A DNA stretch of 36,364 bases from a virus (Duplodnaviria; Heunggongvirae; Uroviricota; Caudoviricetes): IMG/VR virus record IMGVR_UViG_2711768060_000011. One strand, given 5' to 3'. Position 1 is the stretch's first letter, and each line of letters starts with the position of its first letter. The position numbers and the translations under genes were made by a program. The notes below the pieces were generated by a model. That model saw only the letters and a list, made by a program, of their open reading frames with translations. It had not been told where the DNA came from and searched no databases. This document shows positions 19,998-27,954 of the stretch, in pieces.

Positions 19998-20529
19998 CCA
20001 GCCGCGGTTATGATTTTAGGTAAATTCTACAGCTATAAATAACAAAATAAAACATCCACTTACTACATCTCTTCTTCCATTAGCCATATTTCTCACTTGC
20101 AAATCAAGCTTTTTTTGCACAACAAGGCATTATTCTCCTCAACTTTCTATATGTTGTGTCCCAACAGCTAACAAACAACTATCACCCACATCACATATGT
20201 AGGATGCTTAACTTTTTTAAAAGTTCATTATCACTTAACTAAGAACCATATTTTCAGACAATTATCTACAGCTGCCATCCATACTTTGCTGTATGCCTGT
20301 ATATTTTTCTTTGACTACTTATCGAGCTCATCCAAGTAATCAACAGCCGCACAGATAGGTCTCACCCGGTCCCGCCCTGTGTCAATTAACTCAACCTTGC
20401 ATGTCCTACTTGTGCGCAGTTCGTGATCAACGCCACTATCAGACATATGATTAACAGTTTGCTATACCTTGTTGGTATCTTTCGTTGCTTATATCCAGCG
20501 CTCTGCTATAGCCTAGATGTTGAGTCCTC

Positions 20530-20658
20530 CTATTCGTAACGCTTCTGATCAGCGTTCATTTGTACTTCGCTAGTACCGTATGAATATCCTAGACCGAATA
20601 CCCTAGCGGTAGCAGTGCTAAACGCAGCAGCTAGCAAGATAATCATTTCGATACCCAT
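20530..20658 (-). CDS. candidate small hydrophobic peptide (42 aa)
   Basis: ATG at 20658 preceded by GGGAG (spacer 4 nt); translation MGIEMIILLAAAFSTATARVFGLGYSYGTSEVQMNADQKRYE; in an otherwise ORF-poor low-GC stretch. Confidence 0.25.
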   Translation of the reverse strand: MGIEMIILLAAAFSTATARVFGLGYSYGTSEVQMNADQKRYE

Positions 20659-20749
20659 TGTGCTCCCACATCAGAGTAGATCTCAGCAGATTGAACAGAA
20701 TGTGCTAGGAATAACAATTCGAAAAAAGCTATCGTTCAATCCGCCCCTG

Positions 20750-21187
20750 TTAATCCAGGCATTGAGTTCTGATGTATTCCTGTAGGTAATTAACCTGTGC
20801 AGTTATCTTGTCGATTCCACTTCGGAGGCGGTAATAATTGAGTTCAGCATCTGCTGTAAGTCTTGGGCTTTCTCCATCGCCCATGCTGCTGGCTCCGGTC
20901 GTTGACTTTGCACAGGTGGCGGCGACTTGCAGCCGCTTACGCCCAGCAGAAACATCATCACGGAGACTTTCGATAGTCGCGTTAGCATCAGCAAGCTCCT
21001 TTGTATATCTGGCATCGAGTTCTGCTACATCATGTTGACGCTTCTGCATGTCAGCGATTGTGGATGTGGCCTTATCGCGCTGCTCTTTGTAGGTAATGGC
21101 GTTATCACGGTAATGATTAACCGCCCATGACAGGCAGACGATGATGCAGATAACCAGAGCGGAGATAATCGCGGTTACTCTGCTCAT
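20750..21187 (-). CDS. Rz: i-spanin Rz
   Basis: 145-aa ORF starting [34 protein letters not shown], near-identical to the lambda Rz N-terminus as recalled; 4-nt overlap with R. Confidence 0.9.
   Translation of the reverse strand: MSRVTAIISALVICIIVCLSWAVNHYRDNAITYKEQRDKATSTIADMQKRQHDVAELDARYTKELADANATIESLRDDVSAGRKRLQVAATCAKSTTGASSMGDGESPRLTADAELNYYRLRSGIDKITAQVNYLQEYIRTQCLD
20803..20958 (-). CDS. Rz1: o-spanin Rz1 (lipoprotein embedded in the +1 frame of Rz)
   Basis: Embedded ORF starting [10 protein letters not shown] with a lipobox before Cys, followed by a Pro-rich tract ([16 protein letters not shown]) as in lambda Rz1. Confidence 0.75.
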   Translation of the reverse strand: MMFLLGVSGCKSPPPVQSQRPEPAAWAMEKAQDLQQMLNSIITASEVESTR

Positions 21188-21660
21188 ACCTCAATCTCTC
21201 TGACCATTCCGCCAGCTTCTTTGAATTTTGCAATCAGGTTGTCAGCCTTATGCTCGAACTGACCATAACCAGCCCCCGGCAGTGAAGCCCAGATATTGCT
21301 GCAACGGTCGATTGCCTGACGGATATCACCGCGATCAATCATCGGTAAAGCGCCACGTTCTTTAATCTGCTGCAATGCCACTGCGTCCTGGCTTTTGGGG
21401 GAGAAGTCTTTCAGGCCAAGCTGCTTACGGTAAGCATCCCACCAGCGTGAAAGAAGCTGATAACGTCCGGCTGCTGTTGATTTGAGTTTGGGGTTTAGCG
21501 TGACAAGCTTGCGAGGGTGATCGGAGTAATCAGTGAAGAGTTCTCCACCGACAATAACATCATAACCGTGGTTACGTGTCGGTTGTCGCCCGTTATCCGT
21601 TCCTTCTGACCATGCCACCATATCGAGGAAAGCTTTACGCTGAGGATTAAGATTTTGCAT
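21184..21660 (-). CDS. R: endolysin, lytic transglycosylase (lambda R)
   Basis: 158-aa ORF ...[45 protein letters not shown]..., near-identical to lambda R as recalled. Confidence 0.95.
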   Translation of the reverse strand: MQNLNPQRKAFLDMVAWSEGTDNGRQPTRNHGYDVIVGGELFTDYSDHPRKLVTLNPKLKSTAAGRYQLLSRWWDAYRKQLGLKDFSPKSQDAVALQQIKERGALPMIDRGDIRQAIDRCSNIWASLPGAGYGQFEHKADNLIAKFKEAGGMVREIEV

Positions 21661-21964
21661 TTTTCACCCCTGTCAGTCGTTCCCAGAAGTACGTCAGTGC
21701 AACCGACCCCATCGCACCGCTAATCCCCGCTGTCGCGAGAATCATGTAAATACTGAATCCACTTTCGATGCTAATCAGGCCACCAATAACACCGGTGAAT
21801 CCTGATACCACTATTTGAGCCAGAGCATTTATCCAACTCCACGTTGCTTTACTCTGCTTCACATCTATCAGGTAGCGGACCAGACCGCCCCAACCTGCAA
21901 TGATCAGCAAAACGAGCCAGAACGCTCCGGCAAGGCTCTCTTTTTCGTGCATATGAATAGCCAA
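21647..21964 (-). CDS. holin (three predicted transmembrane helices)
   Basis: 105-aa ORF immediately upstream of and overlapping R; three hydrophobic helices; N-terminus MAIHMHEK has two Met codons (possible dual start). Confidence 0.7.
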   Translation of the reverse strand: MAIHMHEKESLAGAFWLVLLIIAGWGGLVRYLIDVKQSKATWSWINALAQIVVSGFTGVIGGLISIESGFSIYMILATAGISGAMGSVALTYFWERLTGVKNAKS

Positions 21965-22175
21965 TGTTTCGCCGCCGACAAAAGGCCGGGACGTTAAATG
22001 TCAGAATGCAGGCTCACGGGTTAATTTAACGACAAAGCACGGAGTTGATGCTCCCCGCAAGCCTTGAATAAAAAAGCCAGCATATGGCTGACAACAGAGG
22101 GTTAAGCAATGTCAATTCATCAGGCGAAGGCAACAAAAAGCCCCAGCAAATACCAGGGCTAGACAGATATGAATA

Positions 22176-22355
22176 CTACTGTTCTTCTATTTTTTTACTG
22201 GAAATCAATCCACTGGTCATTTCATAACCGTTTGTGTGGCCACAGTAAGGGCAAATAATTGGCTCTTTATCCTTTCCTCCTGGATAGCCTCCACTGTGCT
22301 CCCAATAAATAAACTCTTTATTGCAACTTTCATTACTACATCTTGTATTGCTCAT
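22176..22355 (-). CDS. small zinc-ribbon protein (59 aa), below the ORF-track size cutoff
   Basis: ATG at 22355 preceded by GGGAG; translation MSNTRCSNESCNKEFIYWEHSGGYPGGKDKEPIICPYCGHTNGYEMTSGLISSKKIEEQ contains CxxxxC...CxxC; between the Q terminator and the holin. Confidence 0.4.
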   Translation of the reverse strand: MSNTRCSNESCNKEFIYWEHSGGYPGGKDKEPIICPYCGHTNGYEMTSGLISSKKIEEQ

Positions 22356-22425
22356 TGCATCACTCCCTCAGTAAGTAAGGAAATAAATACATAGCATAAC
22401 CAAATCATTATTCGAAATTTGAGCA

Positions 22426-22451
22426 CAAAAAAAACCCGCTCGATGGCGGGT
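22426..22451 (-). terminator. tR'-like Rho-independent terminator downstream of Q
   Basis: On the minus strand, a 6-bp GC-rich stem (ACCCGC/GCGGGT) followed by a 9-nt U-run, about 110 nt downstream of the Q stop. Confidence 0.6.
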
Positions 22452-22490
22452 TCAAGAAGATTATCAACGGTAGACACACAAAGCCCATCG

Positions 22491-22505
22491 TTAGGATAAT
22501 CCTAA
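22491..22505. promoter_or_regulatory. perfect palindrome TTAGGATAATCCTAA in the candidate late promoter/qut region
   Basis: 15-bp palindrome between the Q stop and the tR'-like terminator; overlaps a possible -35 TTGCAT / -10 TAGGAT pair on the minus strand. Confidence 0.3.
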
Positions 22506-22558
22506 CCATATTTTTTGAAAAATGCAAGAATCATGTCGCCATCTTCGGCGAAAATCAT

Positions 22559-23311
22559 TTATCTTGTCACTCTCCTCAATTGTGTCTCAGCATATGCTTC
22601 TTCCTGCCAGCACTTTGTAACCAGTTTATCAATGACATCTGCATATCCTTTGTACCACTGATAATCCGTCAGGTCTGGTACCAGCTTCTGGACATGATGC
22701 CGCGCCAGTGTGGTTGGTAAACGGCTAAACCGGTTTCCATTGCAACGCCCACAAATCTTATAAACAGGCGTGCCATGAAGCCGGGTCCTTTTTTCATCCA
22801 GGACAATACCTTTACCCTTACACCCTCTGCACGCTGTGCTGACTTCTCCCTTACCATGACAATGCTGACATAGTTCCTTTACCCACTCTTCCTTGATAAC
22901 AGATTCCCCGCTTCTGGATTGTTTCACCACCTCGCGCAATACATTATGAAATCCAGTACCAGCACAATGCTCACAGCGAGCCTTACTTGCCGCAGACCTG
23001 GAATAATCAGCAAAGGCAAAATTCACAAGGTAAGGGATGATCTGTAACCGGATTTCTTCACTCAATTTGTTCAATGTCGGGTTATCCAGTGCCATCGCGT
23101 AATTGAGCAGACCTTCAATCGCAAACTGAGGATCCTGAACGCCAACTTTTGCCAGGAATAAGGTAAACCCAAGCGGTGCTTTCGACTGCACCATCCCCTG
23201 TGCAGCCATCACATCCGTAATCGTTAAACCACCTGAGCCTGTCGCCGGTGCGTCATCACTCAATTTTGGAGATTTTGGGGAGTAATATTTTGGTAAGGCT
23301 TCAAGGTTCAT
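22559..23311 (-). CDS. Q: late-gene antiterminator Q (lambda Q family)
   Basis: 250-aa ORF with YSPKSPKLSD...TDVMAAQGM N-terminus, ADYSRSAA...RCEHCAGTG and CGRCNG zinc motifs, and ...VTR C-terminus resembling lambda Q; followed by a terminator. Confidence 0.8.
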   Translation of the reverse strand: MNLEALPKYYSPKSPKLSDDAPATGSGGLTITDVMAAQGMVQSKAPLGFTLFLAKVGVQDPQFAIEGLLNYAMALDNPTLNKLSEEIRLQIIPYLVNFAFADYSRSAASKARCEHCAGTGFHNVLREVVKQSRSGESVIKEEWVKELCQHCHGKGEVSTACRGCKGKGIVLDEKRTRLHGTPVYKICGRCNGNRFSRLPTTLARHHVQKLVPDLTDYQWYKGYADVIDKLVTKCWQEEAYAETQLRRVTR

Positions 23312-23324
23312 GCTCGTTCTCCAC

Positions 23325-24320
23325 TTACGCCAGTACGCCTATTGCCAGCGCACGATCGATAAAACGAAATATCAGCTCCAACTGGGAGCCATACATCTCT
23401 TCAAATGCCACGGTATCCGCATGCAGCTCGTCGTGATGCTTTCTGCACAAAGGCAACACAAAGAGGTCATGCGCTTTTGTACCCATTCCCCCCTGACCGT
23501 GGCCTATCAGGTGGTGGGGATCATCAGCAAGCTTTCCACAACATGCACACGGCTGTGTCTTAACCCAGCGCGTGTACTTTTCATTAACCCAGCGGCGACG
23601 TTTTGGGCGTAACATAAAAGACTCCGGCGACTCCGGATCCACTTTCAGCGCCAGCACCTTTTTCGCTTTATCCTGGATAATGCTGGTGGCAGGAACCGAA
23701 GGCACAAGGTCACTTTCCCGGGTGACAGACGGCACAACAGGCTTCGGTAATCTCAGTGCCTTACGGGCTGCACTTTCCGGTAAGGCATCCGCCAGGTCAT
23801 TACGAATCAGCCACCAGCACAGTTCCGGCATTGTCACAACGTGACTATCATCAAAACCGAGATCCCGACGCACAACAGACAACACCCAACGGGCACAGTT
23901 ATCCGTTGCCATTGATTCCAGCCGTTCCGTGAACTGATCGCGCAGCTGGTTATCGCAGTGCCAGCAGAGACGGATTGCGCCCGGAGCGTGCCGCATTGTG
24001 GTCATGTTCTCGCTGTGCCAGTCGGAATGAGGCCACTGGCAGCCTTTTTCACGAAGTAACCAGCTTTCAAGACATTCCACCCCACCAGCACGACGGATCA
24101 CTGCCTCATTGCGGAACACGGCCCGAACGGCAGGATCATCCGCCAGCGGTTGTGATGCCGCGGGAACGGCACCACTGGCGAAAGATGAATAACGTTCCGG
24201 CTCAGGCTCCAGCAGGACACGCCCCTGCATAAACAGGGGCATCAGCTCTGAACCGGGCCTGAACAATACGATCCCCATACGCGGGGCAATTTCAGGGGTC
24301 AGTAGTGCTCTCACAGTCAC
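23325..24320 (-). CDS. DUF968-type protein with C-terminal HNH-like zinc motif
   Basis: 331-aa ORF; C-terminal CACCGK...HHLIGHGQGG...CRKHHDELH motif; position upstream of Q as in Qin/Rac-type prophages. Confidence 0.55.
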   Translation of the reverse strand: MTVRALLTPEIAPRMGIVLFRPGSELMPLFMQGRVLLEPEPERYSSFASGAVPAASQPLADDPAVRAVFRNEAVIRRAGGVECLESWLLREKGCQWPHSDWHSENMTTMRHAPGAIRLCWHCDNQLRDQFTERLESMATDNCARWVLSVVRRDLGFDDSHVVTMPELCWWLIRNDLADALPESAARKALRLPKPVVPSVTRESDLVPSVPATSIIQDKAKKVLALKVDPESPESFMLRPKRRRWVNEKYTRWVKTQPCACCGKLADDPHHLIGHGQGGMGTKAHDLFVLPLCRKHHDELHADTVAFEEMYGSQLELIFRFIDRALAIGVLA

Positions 24321-24321
24321 C

Positions 24322-25164
24322 TCAATGAACGGTATCGAGCAACTTTAACAGCTCGGGGAATCGGGATTCGAAGAAATGCGGCTGCGTCTCGCGCGGATTT
24401 GCGGGACTGGTGATGTTCTTGCCGAACATGCAGCCTTTCGCCGTCAGCGACCAGAATTTTTTGATGTTGTTAATCGCGGTACGGCTGTATCGTTCGCGTT
24501 GTTCAACGATCCCCAGCTTCACCATCTGGTGATATGCCTGATTAGCCGTCAGGCGGATACCATACTGTTTCAGCAGTGCACTCAGCGACAGCGTGGGGCG
24601 ACTTGAGCCATCAGGCGCGTCAGCAGGAGCATCAATGGCATAGCGCGGTGCCAGATTCGGTAAGCCAACAGCCTCCTGGAGTTTCTGACAGGCACCAAGC
24701 ACTGATGAGTTAGACAGGTTTAATTCCCGGCGCATAAAGTCCAGCAGGATCACACCAGCCTGCATCTTGTCAGCAGCCTGCCCAGATAATTTTTCCGGTG
24801 CGCTGGTTACCATATCGAAAGTACGGATCACCTTCAGATGGAATGACGAGCTGATCCACATTGCATAGGCATACACCAGTTCTTTGCAGACATACGTCCC
24901 CTGGTTATTTCCGCCATTAATGACGCTAACTGGTTGATTTTGTTCCATAGGCGGAATTCCACCCTCGGTGAAAAGTTGTTCAATCAATTCACAGGTTTGC
25001 TTATTGGAGAGCCAGTATTTCGGGCGGTTTTTTTGTTCTCCCCCGGCTGCCCTGTGCAGATCGTTCAGGCTGTAACGCCCATAAGCATCACGACGAACTT
25101 CAATACCATCAATGACCATCAGATTATTCATACTTCGTTTCTCCTCTTGATCAGGCGGCTGCAC
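24322..25164 (-). CDS. KilA-N domain protein
   Basis: 280-aa ORF; N-terminal ...IDGIEVRRDAYGRYSLNDLHRAAGGEQKNRPKYWL... resembles KilA-N/Bro-N domains. Confidence 0.55.
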   Translation of the reverse strand: MQPPDQEEKRSMNNLMVIDGIEVRRDAYGRYSLNDLHRAAGGEQKNRPKYWLSNKQTCELIEQLFTEGGIPPMEQNQPVSVINGGNNQGTYVCKELVYAYAMWISSSFHLKVIRTFDMVTSAPEKLSGQAADKMQAGVILLDFMRRELNLSNSSVLGACQKLQEAVGLPNLAPRYAIDAPADAPDGSSRPTLSLSALLKQYGIRLTANQAYHQMVKLGIVEQRERYSRTAINNIKKFWSLTAKGCMFGKNITSPANPRETQPHFFESRFPELLKLLDTVH

Positions 25165-25540
25165 CCGCCGTTTTCTCGTACTTACTGATAGTGATCTCGA
25201 CCTTCCCTTCCGGGATAACCGGTCCCCACTCCACCAGCATTCTTTTCACCTGACTGTCGTCTTCCCACACACCCGCGTGGGTCAGGGCGTCAAACAGCGC
25301 CTTGTTATAGTTGTCCAGATCGCGGATCCGGTTATCCGGAGGAAACAACACGATCTCCACTGAAGCAGGTGCCGACGTTGGTTTCGGAAGACGACGTAAC
25401 TGCTCAACTATTGCTGCGCACGCCGCGCTCTGGAATTTGCGCCCCGCCGCGCTTATCAGGCTTTTACCAGCAAACGCCCCTTTGTTAGGGTGTCGCCAGT
25501 ACGTATTCACGCTGGGCGGGAAAGGCAGGATCAGTTTCAT
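25151..25540 (-). CDS. rusA: Holliday junction resolvase RusA
   Basis: 129-aa ORF with PPSVNTYWRH and RDLDNYNKALFDALTHAGVWEDDSQV motifs characteristic of RusA. Confidence 0.85.
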   Translation of the reverse strand: MKLILPFPPSVNTYWRHPNKGAFAGKSLISAAGRKFQSAACAAIVEQLRRLPKPTSAPASVEIVLFPPDNRIRDLDNYNKALFDALTHAGVWEDDSQVKRMLVEWGPVIPEGKVEITISKYEKTAGAAA

Positions 25541-25863
25541 ACTTTCAGGCCTCTCTCATGTAACCAGTGGGTTGCACGCAGCCTGGCGTTTTCCTCACCG
25601 GCAAGCAGTGAGCGGATAATCCAGACAGCCTCGCTGTCGTCGTCCTTCACCGCGGTATGAAGCGTTATCCCCCGGGCCACGCCACGCTTTATCGTGATGA
25701 CGCCTTTTTTCTCCAGTGCGCGAAGATGCTCCACCGCTGCATTCACTGAACGGTATCCCAGCATGGTTGCCACCTCCTGATTGGTTGGCGGGAAGCCTCG
25801 TTCTTTCTGGTAAGAAATCAGCATATCCAGCACCTGCTGCTGGCATTGAGTTAATGTCGTCAT
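25537..25863 (-). CDS. LexA N-terminal DNA-binding-domain protein (no peptidase domain)
   Basis: 108-aa ORF MTTLTQCQQQVLDMLISYQKERGFPPTNQEVATMLGYRSVNAAVEHLRALEKKGVITIKRGVARGITL aligns along the LexA N-terminal winged helix (LTARQQEVFDLI...[46 protein letters not shown]). Confidence 0.7.
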   Translation of the reverse strand: MTTLTQCQQQVLDMLISYQKERGFPPTNQEVATMLGYRSVNAAVEHLRALEKKGVITIKRGVARGITLHTAVKDDDSEAVWIIRSLLAGEENARLRATHWLHERGLKV

Positions 25864-26513
25864 GCCACCATCTCCCTGACCAGTTTTTCCGCCTGCTGGC
25901 GAACCTGCGCCAGAAAGGCCTCACCACATGCCTCAAGTTCATCGCGCCCGATGTAGCTGATTGCCGGTCCCTTCCAGGTCTTGTCAAAAACAGCAATAGC
26001 ACCAGAGAAAAAAGCTCCTGTCGGTATCTGCTTCTCGTCTTTCGGGATAAACCAGACAGGCAGTTCAAAACCAATACGCCCGCGAATAAAAGCAATATGA
26101 TCTGCATCTTCCGGCCACCACACTTCGCTGGTGGCAGCTTTGATCAGGAAAACATAGCGCCCGCCCTTATCACGCATGGCACTGGCATGTTTCATGATGT
26201 AACGCATGCCGGTGATGTATTGCCCCTCATGCTGACTGGCGCGGCTGTATGGAGGATTACCAAAGGCAGCACCTTTAAGCTCCGCAAGGCGTTCTGACCA
26301 GTCATGCGCCAGCGCGTTGTCTTCCGCCGTGTAATACGCGGCACATTTGGCGTTATCACCGTCAGTGAACAGATCCAGAACAAACGGGCCAAACAGGGTG
26401 TTAATTCCCCAGAAAATGTTGTCCGGCGTGCGCCACTGATCACCCACTTCCTTCAGTTCATGGGCTGGTTTGTTCCGCAGTTCCACCAGCTCCTGGCAAT
26501 ATTTATTACTCAT
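25860..26513 (-). CDS. DNA N6-adenine methyltransferase (phage Dam-like orphan methylase)
   Basis: NPPY catalytic motif (AAFGNPPYSRA); start chosen at the ATG that overlaps the upstream TAA stop by 1 nt (TAATG); the ORF track extends 11 codons further. Confidence 0.75.
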   Translation of the reverse strand: MSNKYCQELVELRNKPAHELKEVGDQWRTPDNIFWGINTLFGPFVLDLFTDGDNAKCAAYYTAEDNALAHDWSERLAELKGAAFGNPPYSRASQHEGQYITGMRYIMKHASAMRDKGGRYVFLIKAATSEVWWPEDADHIAFIRGRIGFELPVWFIPKDEKQIPTGAFFSGAIAVFDKTWKGPAISYIGRDELEACGEAFLAQVRQQAEKLVREMVA

Positions 26514-27007
26514 TAAGCCCCCACGTAATTCCCTGACAGATACCACTCATCACCCGATACAGCGCGCTTGCTGCTTTTCCGTAAACACTGCTCACGACGC
26601 GCCAGAAAATTGTTTCGTTCTGGCTGGGAGTGGCTTTCACGGAATGCCGCCATCCACACCGTTGCAGCACGACGGTATAAGCCCCTGGACTCCAGTTCTT
26701 CCGCCTGGCGGGTCAGGCACAAAATCACCCGGGGATCGTTAGTGCCGACATAGAAATTGCGCACAGGTCTGGTTTCACGAACTGGTTGTGGTTCCGACTC
26801 CTGCGCTCTCTCAGTCAGGCGCGGGAAATGTCTGCGTGTATCTCCTTCACAACGGTGAGCCACACGCCCACTCTGACGTAACTTGCTTGCTGACTGCAGA
26901 ACGCGCTGCCGTGAGTAACCTGCAAAAGCATCCGCAATGTCTCCGGAAGTACACCCCGGATGGGCTTCAATGAATTTCTGAACATCATTCAAAAGACTCA
27001 TAATCAC
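26513..27007 (-). CDS. hypothetical protein coupled to the replication initiator (possibly PerC-like regulator)
   Basis: 164-aa ORF overlapping the O-like gene stop by 4 nt; contains ...AEELESRGLYRRAATVW...; family assignment uncertain. Confidence 0.35.
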   Translation of the reverse strand: MIMSLLNDVQKFIEAHPGCTSGDIADAFAGYSRQRVLQSASKLRQSGRVAHRCEGDTRRHFPRLTERAQESEPQPVRETRPVRNFYVGTNDPRVILCLTRQAEELESRGLYRRAATVWMAAFRESHSQPERNNFLARREQCLRKSSKRAVSGDEWYLSGNYVGA

Positions 27008-27945
27008 CCCCTGAATCCTGCTGGGATCTGGCTGTAGTCCACGTTGTCGTAACTGGCTTTGAAGTACGGGTCTTCGCGTTTTTCGGTGTACGTGCTGACG
27101 GACGGCGATAAGCGCAGGGAAAGCTCATCCCATTTTTCCCGCAGCTTCGACGGGCTGAGCACGTTACGGCACCAGAACGGATCGCGACTGACGCGGCTGT
27201 ACATCTCGCAGATTTGTTTATGAGTACGACCATCCTGCACACACATCAGGCGAATTTCGTTTGCCCAGGCTGTCCAGTTCGGTTCTTTGGGACGAACCAC
27301 CTCGCCGTCACATTCGGCGGCATGCTCGTACAGGGCGATGATTTTTTTCCAGAGCCACTGTGCGCAGGTCAAATCATCCTGCGTCCCCCACTGGCGCTTT
27401 TTAGGGCTGAATACAACCGCATCAGGATGGCGAGTTAAAAAATCCTGTTCATCCGTCTGCGTGTCCGGTTGCGAAGCGTCCGGACGAGAAGGTTTTTTAT
27501 CTGACGGATCATGTTTTGATTTTACTGACGGATCCCCGCCAGATTCTGACGGGTGAAAACCCGCTTTTTTGCCAGATTTCGACGCATCAAATTTTGACGG
27601 GTCAGATTTTGATGCGTCAGATTTTGACGGGTCAGAATCTGACAGTTGAGAAAATGCCGCTGCCTGAAGCTTCGCAACGTTAAGCTGATAAACATTCGAC
27701 GCATTGCGGTTACCCTGGCGACGCGCCTTACGCGTTAACCAGCCTTCTGCTTCCAGCCGTGCGATAGCCGTTCTGACGGTACTCATCCCCGCGCCAATCT
27801 GACGGGCAATGGTTTCAATTGATGGCCAGCACACACCTTCGTCATTACTGAAATCAGCCAGGCGGGCCATAATTGCCACGCTGGATAACTTCATGCCTGA
27901 TGCAGCGCAACCATCCCATACATAGCCGGTTAATTTAGTGCTCAT
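27004..27945 (-). CDS. replication initiation protein (O-like) with internal origin iterons
   Basis: 313-aa ORF; N-terminal HTH (...WPSIETIARQIGAGMSTVRTAIARLEAEGWL); central SK(S/F)D(A/P)SKSD peptide repeats encoded by 15-bp DNA iterons; first gene after the CII-like module. Confidence 0.7.
   Translation of the reverse strand: MSTKLTGYVWDGCAASGMKLSSVAIMARLADFSNDEGVCWPSIETIARQIGAGMSTVRTAIARLEAEGWLTRKARRQGNRNASNVYQLNVAKLQAAAFSQLSDSDPSKSDASKSDPSKFDASKSGKKAGFHPSESGGDPSVKSKHDPSDKKPSRPDASQPDTQTDEQDFLTRHPDAVVFSPKKRQWGTQDDLTCAQWLWKKIIALYEHAAECDGEVVRPKEPNWTAWANEIRLMCVQDGRTHKQICEMYSRVSRDPFWCRNVLSPSKLREKWDELSLRLSPSVSTYTEKREDPYFKASYDNVDYSQIPAGFRG
27498..27645. repeat. iteron array (candidate replication origin) inside the O-like gene
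   Basis: About eight imperfect direct repeats of a ~15-bp unit (consensus near TCAGATTTTGACGGG), four in perfect tandem register at 27589-27645. Confidence 0.6.
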
Positions 27946-27954
27946 GACCGACCT

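Noticed and set aside
20315-20446. Second small ORF (43 aa, MSDSGVDHELRTSRTCKVELIDTGRDRVRPICAAVDYLDELDK) in the low-GC island
   Set aside because: No recognisable Shine-Dalgarno and no distinctive composition; kept only as a note within the island finding.
22067-22089. Hairpin plus A/T run considered as a terminator after the zinc-ribbon ORF
   Set aside because: The stem is only 5 bp with modest GC content; too weak to call without folding-energy calculation.
21965-22559. tRNA genes between Q and the lysis genes, as found in Stx and other lambdoid phages
   Set aside because: No segment with tRNA-like acceptor/anticodon/T-arm pairing was seen by eye; only terminator-type hairpins and the small zinc-ribbon ORF. 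A tRNAscan run would be decisive.
19016-22559. Toxin or virulence cargo of known type (Stx, Bor, Lom, Cor) at the late-region moron sites
   Set aside because: None of the ORFs here resemble those proteins as far as I can recall; the cargo present is unrecognised, not a known virulence factor.
27498-27645. Short direct repeats considered as a possible CRISPR array
   Set aside because: The repeats are about 15 bp, contiguous or nearly so without unique spacers, and lie in-frame inside a replication-initiator gene; they fit origin iterons, not CRISPR.
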